Notes under the pieces: model-generated
What the model was told of the DNA's origin: nothing
The model's database searches: none
What the model saw: only the letters and a program-made list of their open reading frames with translations
In this document: piece by piece, positions 1-8,118 of the stretch
Layout: the number at the start of each line of letters is the position of its first letter
Numbering within the stretch: the stretch's first letter is position 1
DNA from: a bacterium
Lineage (GTDB): Bacteria > CLD3 > SB21
Reading direction: 5' to 3'
Length of the DNA stretch: 32,158 bases
Assembly (NCBI GenBank): GCA_013360215.1
Contig: JABWCP010000007.1
Location: 124,001-156,158, forward strand
Program-made: the position numbers and the translations under genes

Positions 1-410
1 GCATCCATTACGGCAAGCCACGGCGGATTTTTGTATGAAAAAGCTTCCTGCCGCCCGAGTATGATGCAGTTAACCACAATCAAGGCGATGAACGCGCCAA
101 GTTCTTTATGAATTTTAGGGAAAAAAGCTTCGAGCGATTGATCAACTGCCGTCACAAATGTGGCGATGATCACAATAAAAGTCGTGATGCGTACTTGTTT
201 AGGTATCCAATGACGCAACATGGACACCAAAAGGCATGAGCCTACAAGAACAAATGTAGTGGCCAGTCCCATAGCCAGTCCGTTGATCGCCGAATTGGTA
301 ACGGCGAGGGTAGGGCACATGCCCAGTACGGCAACAAATGTCGGATTTTCTTTCCACAGGCCTTTGATCAATTCGTGTGTTGCGCGTCCGCTTTTTTCAA
401 TCGCGTTCAT
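1..410 (-). CDS. rnfE: Rnf electron transport complex subunit E (5' part; 3' end beyond window)
   Basis: Not in the ORF track. Manual translation from ATG at 410 gives MNAIEKSGRATHELIKGLWKENPTFVAVLGMCPTLAVTNSAINGLAMGLATTFVL...LGAFIALIVVNCIILGRQEAF. LGMCPTLAV and LIVVNCIILGRxE are RnfE/NqrD signature motifs. ATGA overlap with the rnfG stop. Confidence 0.95.
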   Translation of the reverse strand, partial: MNAIEKSGRATHELIKGLWKENPTFVAVLGMCPTLAVTNSAINGLAMGLATTFVLVGSCLLVSMLRHWIPKQVRITTFIVIIATFVTAVDQSLEAFFPKIHKELGAFIALIVVNCIILGRQEAFSYKNPPWLAVMD

Positions 411-1096
411 GGTTGTTTCGGATTATAAGTAAGATTGTTCTGCTGCATGTAATCATCAATGGCGGTTTGCCATCGTGTCATGGCCTTTTGTAAAGCACGA
501 ATAACAGCTTTCGACGATATGGTCGCGCCGGTGATCGTTTCGACCTGATTGGGTTTGGTTTTTTTTCCGGTCTTTGCGGCCTCGATCTCCGGTTCGACCG
601 ACAGCGCTTTAAAATTGGCGACGAAGTTTTTGTCTTTGATGATTTTATCGCCGAGCCCGGGCGTTTCTTTATTTTCGAGCACTTCAAATCCGACGATGAT
701 TTTTCCGTCGGCCTGATACCCGTAAATGATTTTGATCACATCCGCAAAACCGGGTTCCGATGCAGGGATCGCAAAACCGACGACCGATTTTTTTTCATCG
801 TACCCGAGAAATATACGATCGCCCTTTTTGGCTTCTTCGCCCTGCGCTTTTTCAAGACGGTCGTTTTTTAAAACCAATACTTCATAACTGCGGCAACCCG
901 GTACGACGCGATAGATGGCTTCCTGCAGCGCTTCTTCCTTATTCTGCTCGATGATCGGCAGCGTCGAAAAATAAGCGACCACTAAAATCAGTCCTGAAAA
1001 AAATCCGGCCACGGCCAGCGTCAGGATCAAAATCAATGAGCTGGGTTCGGCTTCTTGCGGCGCTACGGGTGTTGCGGGTATATGTTGATGTTCCAT
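407..1096 (-). CDS. rnfG: Rnf complex subunit G, FMN-binding
   Basis: Single N-terminal TM helix, ETPGLG motif, ITGATISS covalent-FMN motif; lies between rnfD and rnfE. Confidence 0.95.
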   Translation of the reverse strand: MEHQHIPATPVAPQEAEPSSLILILTLAVAGFFSGLILVVAYFSTLPIIEQNKEEALQEAIYRVVPGCRSYEVLVLKNDRLEKAQGEEAKKGDRIFLGYDEKKSVVGFAIPASEPGFADVIKIIYGYQADGKIIVGFEVLENKETPGLGDKIIKDKNFVANFKALSVEPEIEAAKTGKKTKPNQVETITGATISSKAVIRALQKAMTRWQTAIDDYMQQNNLTYNPKQP

Positions 1097-1099
1097 AAT

Positions 1100-2059
1100 T
1101 TATTTCGTTCCGTAAACGCGATGGCGCGTAACGCGGTTGATCAACGGCGTTACGGCATTCATCAGCAATATGGCATACATCACGCCCTCCGGTAAACCGC
1201 CGAAGATGCGGATGAGAACTACTAAAATTCCGATTCCGCTTCCGAAAATCCACATGCCGCGCACTGTCATAGGCGACGTCACAGGGTCGGTGGCCATAAA
1301 GACGGCGCCCAGCATCAAACCGCCGGAGAAAAGCATGTGCATCGGTGAAGGATATAAAACCGGGTTGACGATATATAATATACCCGACAGTACGACGGTA
1401 GCAGTCATGATAGAAACCGGGATGTGCCAATTGAAAATTTTTCGATAGGCCAGATATACGCCGGCTAAAAGTATAATCACGCCGCAGGTTTCGCCAAGCG
1501 ACCCGGAGGTATGGCCCAGCATAAGCTGTGATAATTCGGTGGCTTCGTGCTGAAACTTCATACTCGAAAGGGGTGTGGCGCTGGAGATTGCATCTAACGG
1601 TTCGCCGTGAAAAAAAGGCCATGCCAGATTAGTACCCCGCGCGGAAAAATATCGTCCGTCCGGCACCGACCACGTCGTGATCGCCGTGGGAAATGCGGCT
1701 TGCAGAAAAGCACGGCCTACCAATGCAGGATTAAAAATATTTTGTCCGAGCCCGCCCCATATATACTTACCGATCATGATCGCGATCAGTCCGCCGAGAA
1801 ATGCCATCCACATCGGAAAGCCCGGCGGTAAGGTCAATGCCAGCAAAAGTCCGGTCAATAAAGCACTGCCGTCGAAGAGCGATTGGTGACGCGGATTCGA
1901 TCCGGACAAAAGCCATTCGGCAAACATGCATCCGCTCACGGCGGCAACCGACAGTAAAATCACACTCAGTCCGAAAAAATAATACGCGGCTGCCGCGACC
2001 GGCACCAAAGCGTAAATCACTTGACGCATGATCCAAGGCGTCGTCGCTTCGTCATGCAA
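1100..2059 (-). CDS. rnfD: Rnf complex subunit D (true start probably upstream, near 2101)
   Basis: Polytopic membrane protein with GGLGQNIFNPALVGRAFL, SSATPL (FMN-Thr), GSLGET, FMATDPVTSP and EGVMYAILLMN motifs. The conserved N-terminal SPFLH lies in frame upstream of the TTG at 2059. Confidence 0.95.
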   Translation of the reverse strand: MHDEATTPWIMRQVIYALVPVAAAAYYFFGLSVILLSVAAVSGCMFAEWLLSGSNPRHQSLFDGSALLTGLLLALTLPPGFPMWMAFLGGLIAIMIGKYIWGGLGQNIFNPALVGRAFLQAAFPTAITTWSVPDGRYFSARGTNLAWPFFHGEPLDAISSATPLSSMKFQHEATELSQLMLGHTSGSLGETCGVIILLAGVYLAYRKIFNWHIPVSIMTATVVLSGILYIVNPVLYPSPMHMLFSGGLMLGAVFMATDPVTSPMTVRGMWIFGSGIGILVVLIRIFGGLPEGVMYAILLMNAVTPLINRVTRHRVYGTK

Positions 2060-2079
2060 AAACGGCGACGTGGATAGTG

Positions 2080-3438
2080 TTAATTTGGATTGGGTTTCGA
2101 TGACGCTTTCGCCTTTCTTTCACGTATAGCATTTTTGGCAACCCGAAAACTCTGTACTAAAGGAATTCCCGAAGGACAGACAAACGAACACGACGCGCAT
2201 TCAAAACAATCCATCACGTGCTGTTCTTCCAGTTCATCATACAAATCTTTACGTGAGAGCAGCCCCATGAGGGAAGGATTGAGAAACATCGGGCACACAT
2301 CTATGCAGCGCCCGCACTTGATACATTGGTATGTGGAAAGTTCCTGCACTTCGTTATCTGTCAGGACAAGTACGCCCGAAATGCCTTTGGTTACGGGTAC
2401 ATCCAACGTTTTTTGCGCGATGCCCATCATCGGCCCGCCGAGCAAAATTCGAACGGCATCTTGCGTAACGCCGCCGCACCAATCGATCAGATGGCGAATC
2501 GGTGTACCGATCGGCACCATAAGGTTAGCCGGTTTGCGAATAGCCGGACCGGTCACGGTCACTACGCGCTCAATCAGCGGTACGGCATTTTCAAAATATT
2601 GCGCCAGTGCTACCAACGTACCGACATTGGACACAAGTGCGCCGACATCCAGCGGTAATTTGCCCGACGGCACTTCCGTTCCCAGTACCGCTTTGATCAA
2701 CATTTTTTCTGCGCCCTGAGGATATTTGACCCGGAGCGCTACCACTTCATAATCGCAATTTTGTTTTTTGATTTCTTCTTGCAACGCTGCGATCGCATCC
2801 GGTTTGTTATCTTCCACGCCGATTACGACCCGCTGTGCGGGAACAAAATGTCTGAGTATCGTGAGACCATGGACCAAGTCGGCCGCAAACTCTACCATGA
2901 TGCGATGATCGGATGTAAGAAAAGGTTCGCATTCGCAGCCATTGGCAATGATCGTCGTACAGGTTTTTCCTTCGGGGATGGAAAACTTCACATGCGCGGG
3001 AAATCCGGCGCCGCCAAGGCCTACCAAACCGGCGCTCTGTACAGCGGCGATAAATTCTTTGTGCCCCATATTTTTCCAATCCAGCGGTGGTCGCTGCGGT
3101 ACGGTCTGTGCGCTGTACGGATCGGCTTTGATACGAATAGAGTACACCAGCAATCCGTTGGGATGCTCGCCGAGTTCGATACCCGTGACGGTACCCGTGA
3201 CGGGCGCGTGCTGCGCTACGGATACGAAAGCATCCGGCCTCGCGATCACATCGCCGCGCGTGACGTGTTGGCCTTTTTGTACAAGCGGCACCGACGGTGC
3301 GCCCGCATGCTGCGCAACCGGAACGGCGTATTCTTCAACGAAGGGCATGCGTTCGATCGCAAGATCGGCGGTCTGATCTTTATAAGCTTCGGGATGAATC
3401 CCGTGGCGAAACGTCAATCGTGACGACATGTTTTCCAT
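2080..3438 (-). CDS. rnfC: Rnf complex subunit C (NADH/FMN, 2x[4Fe-4S])
   Basis: FRHGIHP, GLVGLGGAGFP, NGCECEPFLTSD, KYPQGAEK, GGPMMG, CIKCGRCIDVCP and CFECASCSFVCP motifs; short form without a long C-terminal extension. Confidence 0.96.
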   Translation of the reverse strand: MENMSSRLTFRHGIHPEAYKDQTADLAIERMPFVEEYAVPVAQHAGAPSVPLVQKGQHVTRGDVIARPDAFVSVAQHAPVTGTVTGIELGEHPNGLLVYSIRIKADPYSAQTVPQRPPLDWKNMGHKEFIAAVQSAGLVGLGGAGFPAHVKFSIPEGKTCTTIIANGCECEPFLTSDHRIMVEFAADLVHGLTILRHFVPAQRVVIGVEDNKPDAIAALQEEIKKQNCDYEVVALRVKYPQGAEKMLIKAVLGTEVPSGKLPLDVGALVSNVGTLVALAQYFENAVPLIERVVTVTGPAIRKPANLMVPIGTPIRHLIDWCGGVTQDAVRILLGGPMMGIAQKTLDVPVTKGISGVLVLTDNEVQELSTYQCIKCGRCIDVCPMFLNPSLMGLLSRKDLYDELEEQHVMDCFECASCSFVCPSGIPLVQSFRVAKNAIRERKAKASSKPNPN

Positions 3439-6400
3439 TATTGTTTTCCGCTCGCTTGATATCCGGAAAGCGCTAATAACTTATCCCGCAACTTGATGCG
3501 AGTGGATTCCAGATGATTTGATTCCTGTTGTTTCAGTTTGGTCTCATATTCACTACGCAGTGTATCGATGGCCGAATTATGTTTTTCGGACCATTCGGCA
3601 TCCCAATGCGCACGTAATTTGACCGGGTGGGACGAAAGAAGGCCGGCCATTTCGCGAAGTTGTAACCACGCATCATAGACGACCGCACACGTTTCAGCCA
3701 AGATGCCCGATAGTAAATAGAACACGCCTTCGCGTTCATAATACGCGGTATGTTTAGCACGCTCTTCAGCGGAAGCCAACCATGTACGAATATCCAAACT
3801 TCCGGAAGAGGGTTTGCTTACCGGTGAAAAATGCGATTTCCACATCGGCTGAAGCCAGGCCCAGTCGGCAAAGGTCACGTTCTTTTCGGTTACAAAATCC
3901 AATTGATAATCGGGATTGTGATCAAGGTGTAATAATTCAGCCGCTAATTTTTTCTTCGCGTCGGGGATGTAGCGCAACAAAGGAAATACACGGGATTCTA
4001 CGGACATGGCGTACATGTCTTGCAGTTTGAATTTTTCTATCATCATCGGTGTATGCACGCACATCATGGCCGGCGTTTGACTGCGCAGACAAGCTGTAAT
4101 ACTGCGGTACATGTCGGCCGGATAGCCGGGGGATACATGAGCCCACGCTGTTTGACGTTGCGCAAAAAGCATGGCGTTCAATCCCATACGATCGTACATA
4201 TTTTGTTTGCCACCGGTGGCGGGCTCAGTGACGATCCATTTGATCGGCAAGCCGCTATTCATAAGCGCGATGATGTCACCCGCCGGCATGGCATCCAATA
4301 CGGTCGCATCCGTCACTAAAAGCAAAGGCGGTGTAAGATTCTTTTCTTCTTCCGTAAGATCATTCCAAGTGATGGCCGCAATTTGTATATCGTGTTGGGA
4401 CGGCAAATACGCATTTTGTAATTCGAGATCGGCACGCCGTAAAAGTTTGATATTATCAATGATGTGGCGCATTTGCCCGAGGCCGATACCGCGGACGAAG
4501 TCCGGAGCGATGGCTTCTGAAAAAACCATGACCGGCACGAGGAACGGATTATCCGGAAATTGCCGTGCCCATGCCAGAGTATCATTGCCGCTGATTACCG
4601 CCGAATACCGCGCACGTCCGATACCCGTAGGTCCTTTTGTCAAAAGCCAATACAGTTGTTTCAAGTCACGCAGAAGATACACGGCGCGTTCGATCCACAC
4701 CGTATCGACGACGCCAAATCGTTGCGAGGAACCAAGTTTTCCGATCAGGGCATCAAGCGACATGCGTTCCGTGCCGTGTTCGGAAACGGCGGCCAGTAGA
4801 TGTTCGGTACTTTGTGTCGGTAAAGCGTCGCGCAAAATATTTTGCAATTTATCCGTAAGATTTTGGATGCGCTTTTCTATCGCGGACGTGTGCGTAAGCA
4901 TACGTGCCTGTGCCGTCGCTTCGACAGCGGCCGTGATCAGGTGCAACGCGATTTTTTCCGCCGGTTGGTCCGTGCGTCGGTTGCCGAGTTGCGTCATATA
5001 ATAATGACGGCTCAGAAATAAGGCGGCCAGCGGATTGTAACTTTCGTTATCTAAATATTGTTTGACCGTGGCTCCGGGCGTATCCGGCAGCGCTTCCCAA
5101 ATCCGGTACGAAGCTTGTAACTGCGCTTCCGACGCCGGATTCACGGGCTGCATGCTAAGGGCTTGTTCTGAACACGATGCAGCACAAATGCCGCATCCAT
5201 TGCAAGCATGCGGATCTACGGCCAATGAAAAAATCAAGCCGCTGCCTTTAGCATACTGTTCCGGTGTTTTGAAAAATGTTTTGGTAATCACAGCCGGAAG
5301 CGGGGCAAGATATTGAGCGACGTCGTTCGCTTGCGCGATCAAATTTTCTTTTTTGGATGAATCCATTTTCATCTGCACGGCCAGTTTTTCGGCGGCCACA
5401 GGAAGCAGGTCGCATAACGATGGGTTGTTCTCTGATACCATCGGATGCAACAGTTTGGCGAGATTTTTGATTACCGGCGGAGTCATTTCTGTCAGCGATT
5501 TTCCGGCCCGTATCGTTTGTTCGACTGCCGACTGTACGAGCGTCTCTGTCGAAAGAGCTACCATCGGCAGAGCGGATTCAGGGCAATATACGGCACATTG
5601 GCCGCAACCGGTGCATGACTCCGATTTTAACACCGGATACATCGCCCGTTGTGCTGTGGCATTGTGAAACGCCGACGTCGCCGAGGGTATGACCGGTAAG
5701 GCATGAAACGGATCGGCCGTCATGGCTTTAGTTTGACCGGACTCTGTAAAAAATCCGACACGATCATAAAATGAAGCCACACGTGAATACGGTGCGCCAC
5801 GATCTTCGTAACGGCGTACGATACCGGGAATGTCAGGCGAAGTCGCAATCATTGTTTTGGCTGATTCGTCGAGTCCTATCGAACGCGCATTCAAATCCGG
5901 AAATTCGCGATGCAGGTTTTGAAAATGAATTTGTTGTTTCGGATACGAGGACTTGGTTCCGGTAAAATCAAGTTGTATAAAAAACTGACGGCGTCCGCCC
6001 GTGCGCATGTGTTCATAAATATTCGCGACTGTTTTTTCCGGCATGTCATAAACGTCCGTGCCAAATTGACCGGAAAACAAAACAGGTTTTTCACGTTCAT
6101 TGATTGACGGATATTCCGGGTACGGCGGCGATTTTTTTTGCCCGGCATTTTCGCCGGCTTTTTGTAATGCCGATATCGTTTCGCGATATAACGGTCCCTC
6201 CTGAACAAATCCTCCGGACAGAGGTTCAAGTACGGCCACATTTTTTTTACCACTGATGGCCTCGCAAACTGCGGTACCGGGAAAAGGCTGCCACACGCGG
6301 ATATTCGCTACACCGGCTTTTATTTTGGCTATTTTGAGTTGTTCTGCGCCGGACCGAAGTGCGGCAATGACAGCGCCTCCGGAGAGGATGAGCTGTTCGG

Positions 6401-7220
6401 CTTTTTCTGAACCTAAAGTTTCGACGCTTTTATATGGACGACCAAACTGTGTTTGAAATTGGTCCCACGCGGCATCGATGATCGGTGCGGCCGCTTCGGA
6501 GAAATACACGCCGCCGGCCGCCGCTTCAAACGCATGCATCAGACCGGATTTATCGGCGCCCAACATAACCGGATAGTCGCTATGAAACCAGTTGGTGATA
6601 CGCCGCCGCATTTTTCCGAAAATTATTTTTTGTCCGGATGTCGGTGTTTCGATCATATCATCGGGATCGCCAAGATAAGTGCGTAAGGCTTCTTCATTTG
6701 GAAAAGTAACATGGCCCGCCGATGAGTTTGTCATATCGGCTAAAACCATTACCGGAATCATCGTCAGTTCGGCTATACGATGCGCCGCTATGATCATATC
6801 GGCCAATTCCTGATGGTTTGCCGCTATCAATTGTATCCATCCGGCTTCACGGGCCAAACGACGTACTCGTGTATCGCAAAACGATCCTTCTCCGTTTTCA
6901 TTTTGTTCACGTTCAAATGCCACGAGTACTACGGGCAAATGACGACGAACGCAGGCGTGCATCATTTCTGTATCTTGAAGGAGCGCCTGAAGTGTAACTG
7001 TTGCAGAGGCGCGAATACCCGAAGAAGCCAATCCCATCGCCTGCCCAAGATTGCGGGCCGATACGTGCAGTAGCGGTCTTCCGAAAATATTTTGCCCGCT
7101 TTCGTCGTGACCGGAAGCCGTCTCCGTCAAAGCCGATGCGATGATATCAAAACACGCCGCCGCCGTCGTGGTGTTGGTCAAACCGGCGTAAAGAGTATAA
7201 TTGTTCTTATTGTGCATCAT
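3438..7220 (-). CDS. Pyruvate:ferredoxin oxidoreductase (NifJ/PFOR)-derived protein with two [4Fe-4S] motifs, catalytic motifs degenerate
   Basis: PFOR-like segments (AMGLASSGIRAS, GWIQLIAANHQELADMIIAAHRIAE, NIRVWQPFP, AEKIALHL, SVESRVFPLLRYIP) plus CTGCGQCAVYCP and CNGCGICAASC. No YPITP, no CxGC, no GDG..N TPP motif. Start overlaps the rnfB stop (ATGA) and stop overlaps the rnfC start (TAATG). Confidence 0.8.
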   Translation of the reverse strand: MMHNKNNYTLYAGLTNTTTAAACFDIIASALTETASGHDESGQNIFGRPLLHVSARNLGQAMGLASSGIRASATVTLQALLQDTEMMHACVRRHLPVVLVAFEREQNENGEGSFCDTRVRRLAREAGWIQLIAANHQELADMIIAAHRIAELTMIPVMVLADMTNSSAGHVTFPNEEALRTYLGDPDDMIETPTSGQKIIFGKMRRRITNWFHSDYPVMLGADKSGLMHAFEAAAGGVYFSEAAAPIIDAAWDQFQTQFGRPYKSVETLGSEKAEQLILSGGAVIAALRSGAEQLKIAKIKAGVANIRVWQPFPGTAVCEAISGKKNVAVLEPLSGGFVQEGPLYRETISALQKAGENAGQKKSPPYPEYPSINEREKPVLFSGQFGTDVYDMPEKTVANIYEHMRTGGRRQFFIQLDFTGTKSSYPKQQIHFQNLHREFPDLNARSIGLDESAKTMIATSPDIPGIVRRYEDRGAPYSRVASFYDRVGFFTESGQTKAMTADPFHALPVIPSATSAFHNATAQRAMYPVLKSESCTGCGQCAVYCPESALPMVALSTETLVQSAVEQTIRAGKSLTEMTPPVIKNLAKLLHPMVSENNPSLCDLLPVAAEKLAVQMKMDSSKKENLIAQANDVAQYLAPLPAVITKTFFKTPEQYAKGSGLIFSLAVDPHACNGCGICAASCSEQALSMQPVNPASEAQLQASYRIWEALPDTPGATVKQYLDNESYNPLAALFLSRHYYMTQLGNRRTDQPAEKIALHLITAAVEATAQARMLTHTSAIEKRIQNLTDKLQNILRDALPTQSTEHLLAAVSEHGTERMSLDALIGKLGSSQRFGVVDTVWIERAVYLLRDLKQLYWLLTKGPTGIGRARYSAVISGNDTLAWARQFPDNPFLVPVMVFSEAIAPDFVRGIGLGQMRHIIDNIKLLRRADLELQNAYLPSQHDIQIAAITWNDLTEEEKNLTPPLLLVTDATVLDAMPAGDIIALMNSGLPIKWIVTEPATGGKQNMYDRMGLNAMLFAQRQTAWAHVSPGYPADMYRSITACLRSQTPAMMCVHTPMMIEKFKLQDMYAMSVESRVFPLLRYIPDAKKKLAAELLHLDHNPDYQLDFVTEKNVTFADWAWLQPMWKSHFSPVSKPSSGSLDIRTWLASAEERAKHTAYYEREGVFYLLSGILAETCAVVYDAWLQLREMAGLLSSHPVKLRAHWDAEWSEKHNSAIDTLRSEYETKLKQQESNHLESTRIKLRDKLLALSGYQASGKQ

Positions 7221-8089
7221 AGTTCCTCAGGTAAAACTTCCACACGCCCTATCGGTAGCGGCGTTGCAGGCGCTTTTTCAAATTGACGGCCTTCCACCCA
7301 CACGATGGCTCGTGTCGGGCAACGGCGCGTCGCGTCGGGGCGCGCTAATACATTTTGACTATAATCAATCACGGGCAAATTATTCTTCATCTGGATCAAA
7401 CCCGGCGCTGCATCGGCCACACACCGGGAGCACGCATTGCAAGCTACCGAACACCGTTCCAATGCGGCATCGCCCTCAAGCAGTGAACGGCACTGTACGA
7501 TCAGTTTCTGACTGACGGGCATGATGGTAAAAAGTTTTTTGGGGCATACATCCACACAATCGTTGCACGCCGTGCACTGGATGGGATCGACGACCGGTAG
7601 ACCGTCGCTATTCATCGTGATCGCGTCAAAATCGCAGACCGATTCGCAATCTCCGAGACCTAAACATCCCCATACACAATCTTTCGTTCCGCCGGTAACC
7701 ATCGCTACACTGCGGCAGGTGCGTTTTCCATAATAGTCGGCCTGGTTGTGGCTTTCTTGTTTTCCACCGGCACATAAAAGACGTGCTACGCGTTTTTCTT
7801 CAAAGCCGGCGGCCACACCGAGGAATTCCGCGATTGATGCTACCGCCGAAGGTGAACTGACGGTACACTTGCCCGGTTTATTGATGCCGCCGACGACACT
7901 TTCTGCAAATGCACGGCAACCCGGGCGACCGCATGCGCCGCAGTTGGAACCCGGTAACATAGATTCGACCTGATCAATGCGCGGATCTTCTTCGACACGC
8001 AGCTTTTTATACGCGAACGCCAGTACCGATGCGAAAAGCAGCCCGAGCCCGACCATGATCGTTACAGCTATGATGATTTCGGAAAACAC
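7217..8089 (-). CDS. rnfB: Rnf complex subunit B (polyferredoxin)
   Basis: GTG start, N-terminal membrane anchor, LPGSNCGACGRPGC FeS domain, CVWGCLGLGDCESVCDFDAI, CTACNDCVDVCP and further Cys motifs. Confidence 0.94.
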   Translation of the reverse strand: MFSEIIIAVTIMVGLGLLFASVLAFAYKKLRVEEDPRIDQVESMLPGSNCGACGRPGCRAFAESVVGGINKPGKCTVSSPSAVASIAEFLGVAAGFEEKRVARLLCAGGKQESHNQADYYGKRTCRSVAMVTGGTKDCVWGCLGLGDCESVCDFDAITMNSDGLPVVDPIQCTACNDCVDVCPKKLFTIMPVSQKLIVQCRSLLEGDAALERCSVACNACSRCVADAAPGLIQMKNNLPVIDYSQNVLARPDATRRCPTRAIVWVEGRQFEKAPATPLPIGRVEVLPEEL

Positions 8090-8118
8090 GATAAATTCTT
8101 CTTACGTAACAAAAGTTG

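Noticed and set aside
3438-7220. Calling the 1260-aa ORF a functional nifJ/por, or a pseudogene
   Set aside because: Catalytic motifs are absent, so no gene symbol is given. The frame is intact and coupled to both neighbours, so pseudogene is not supported either.
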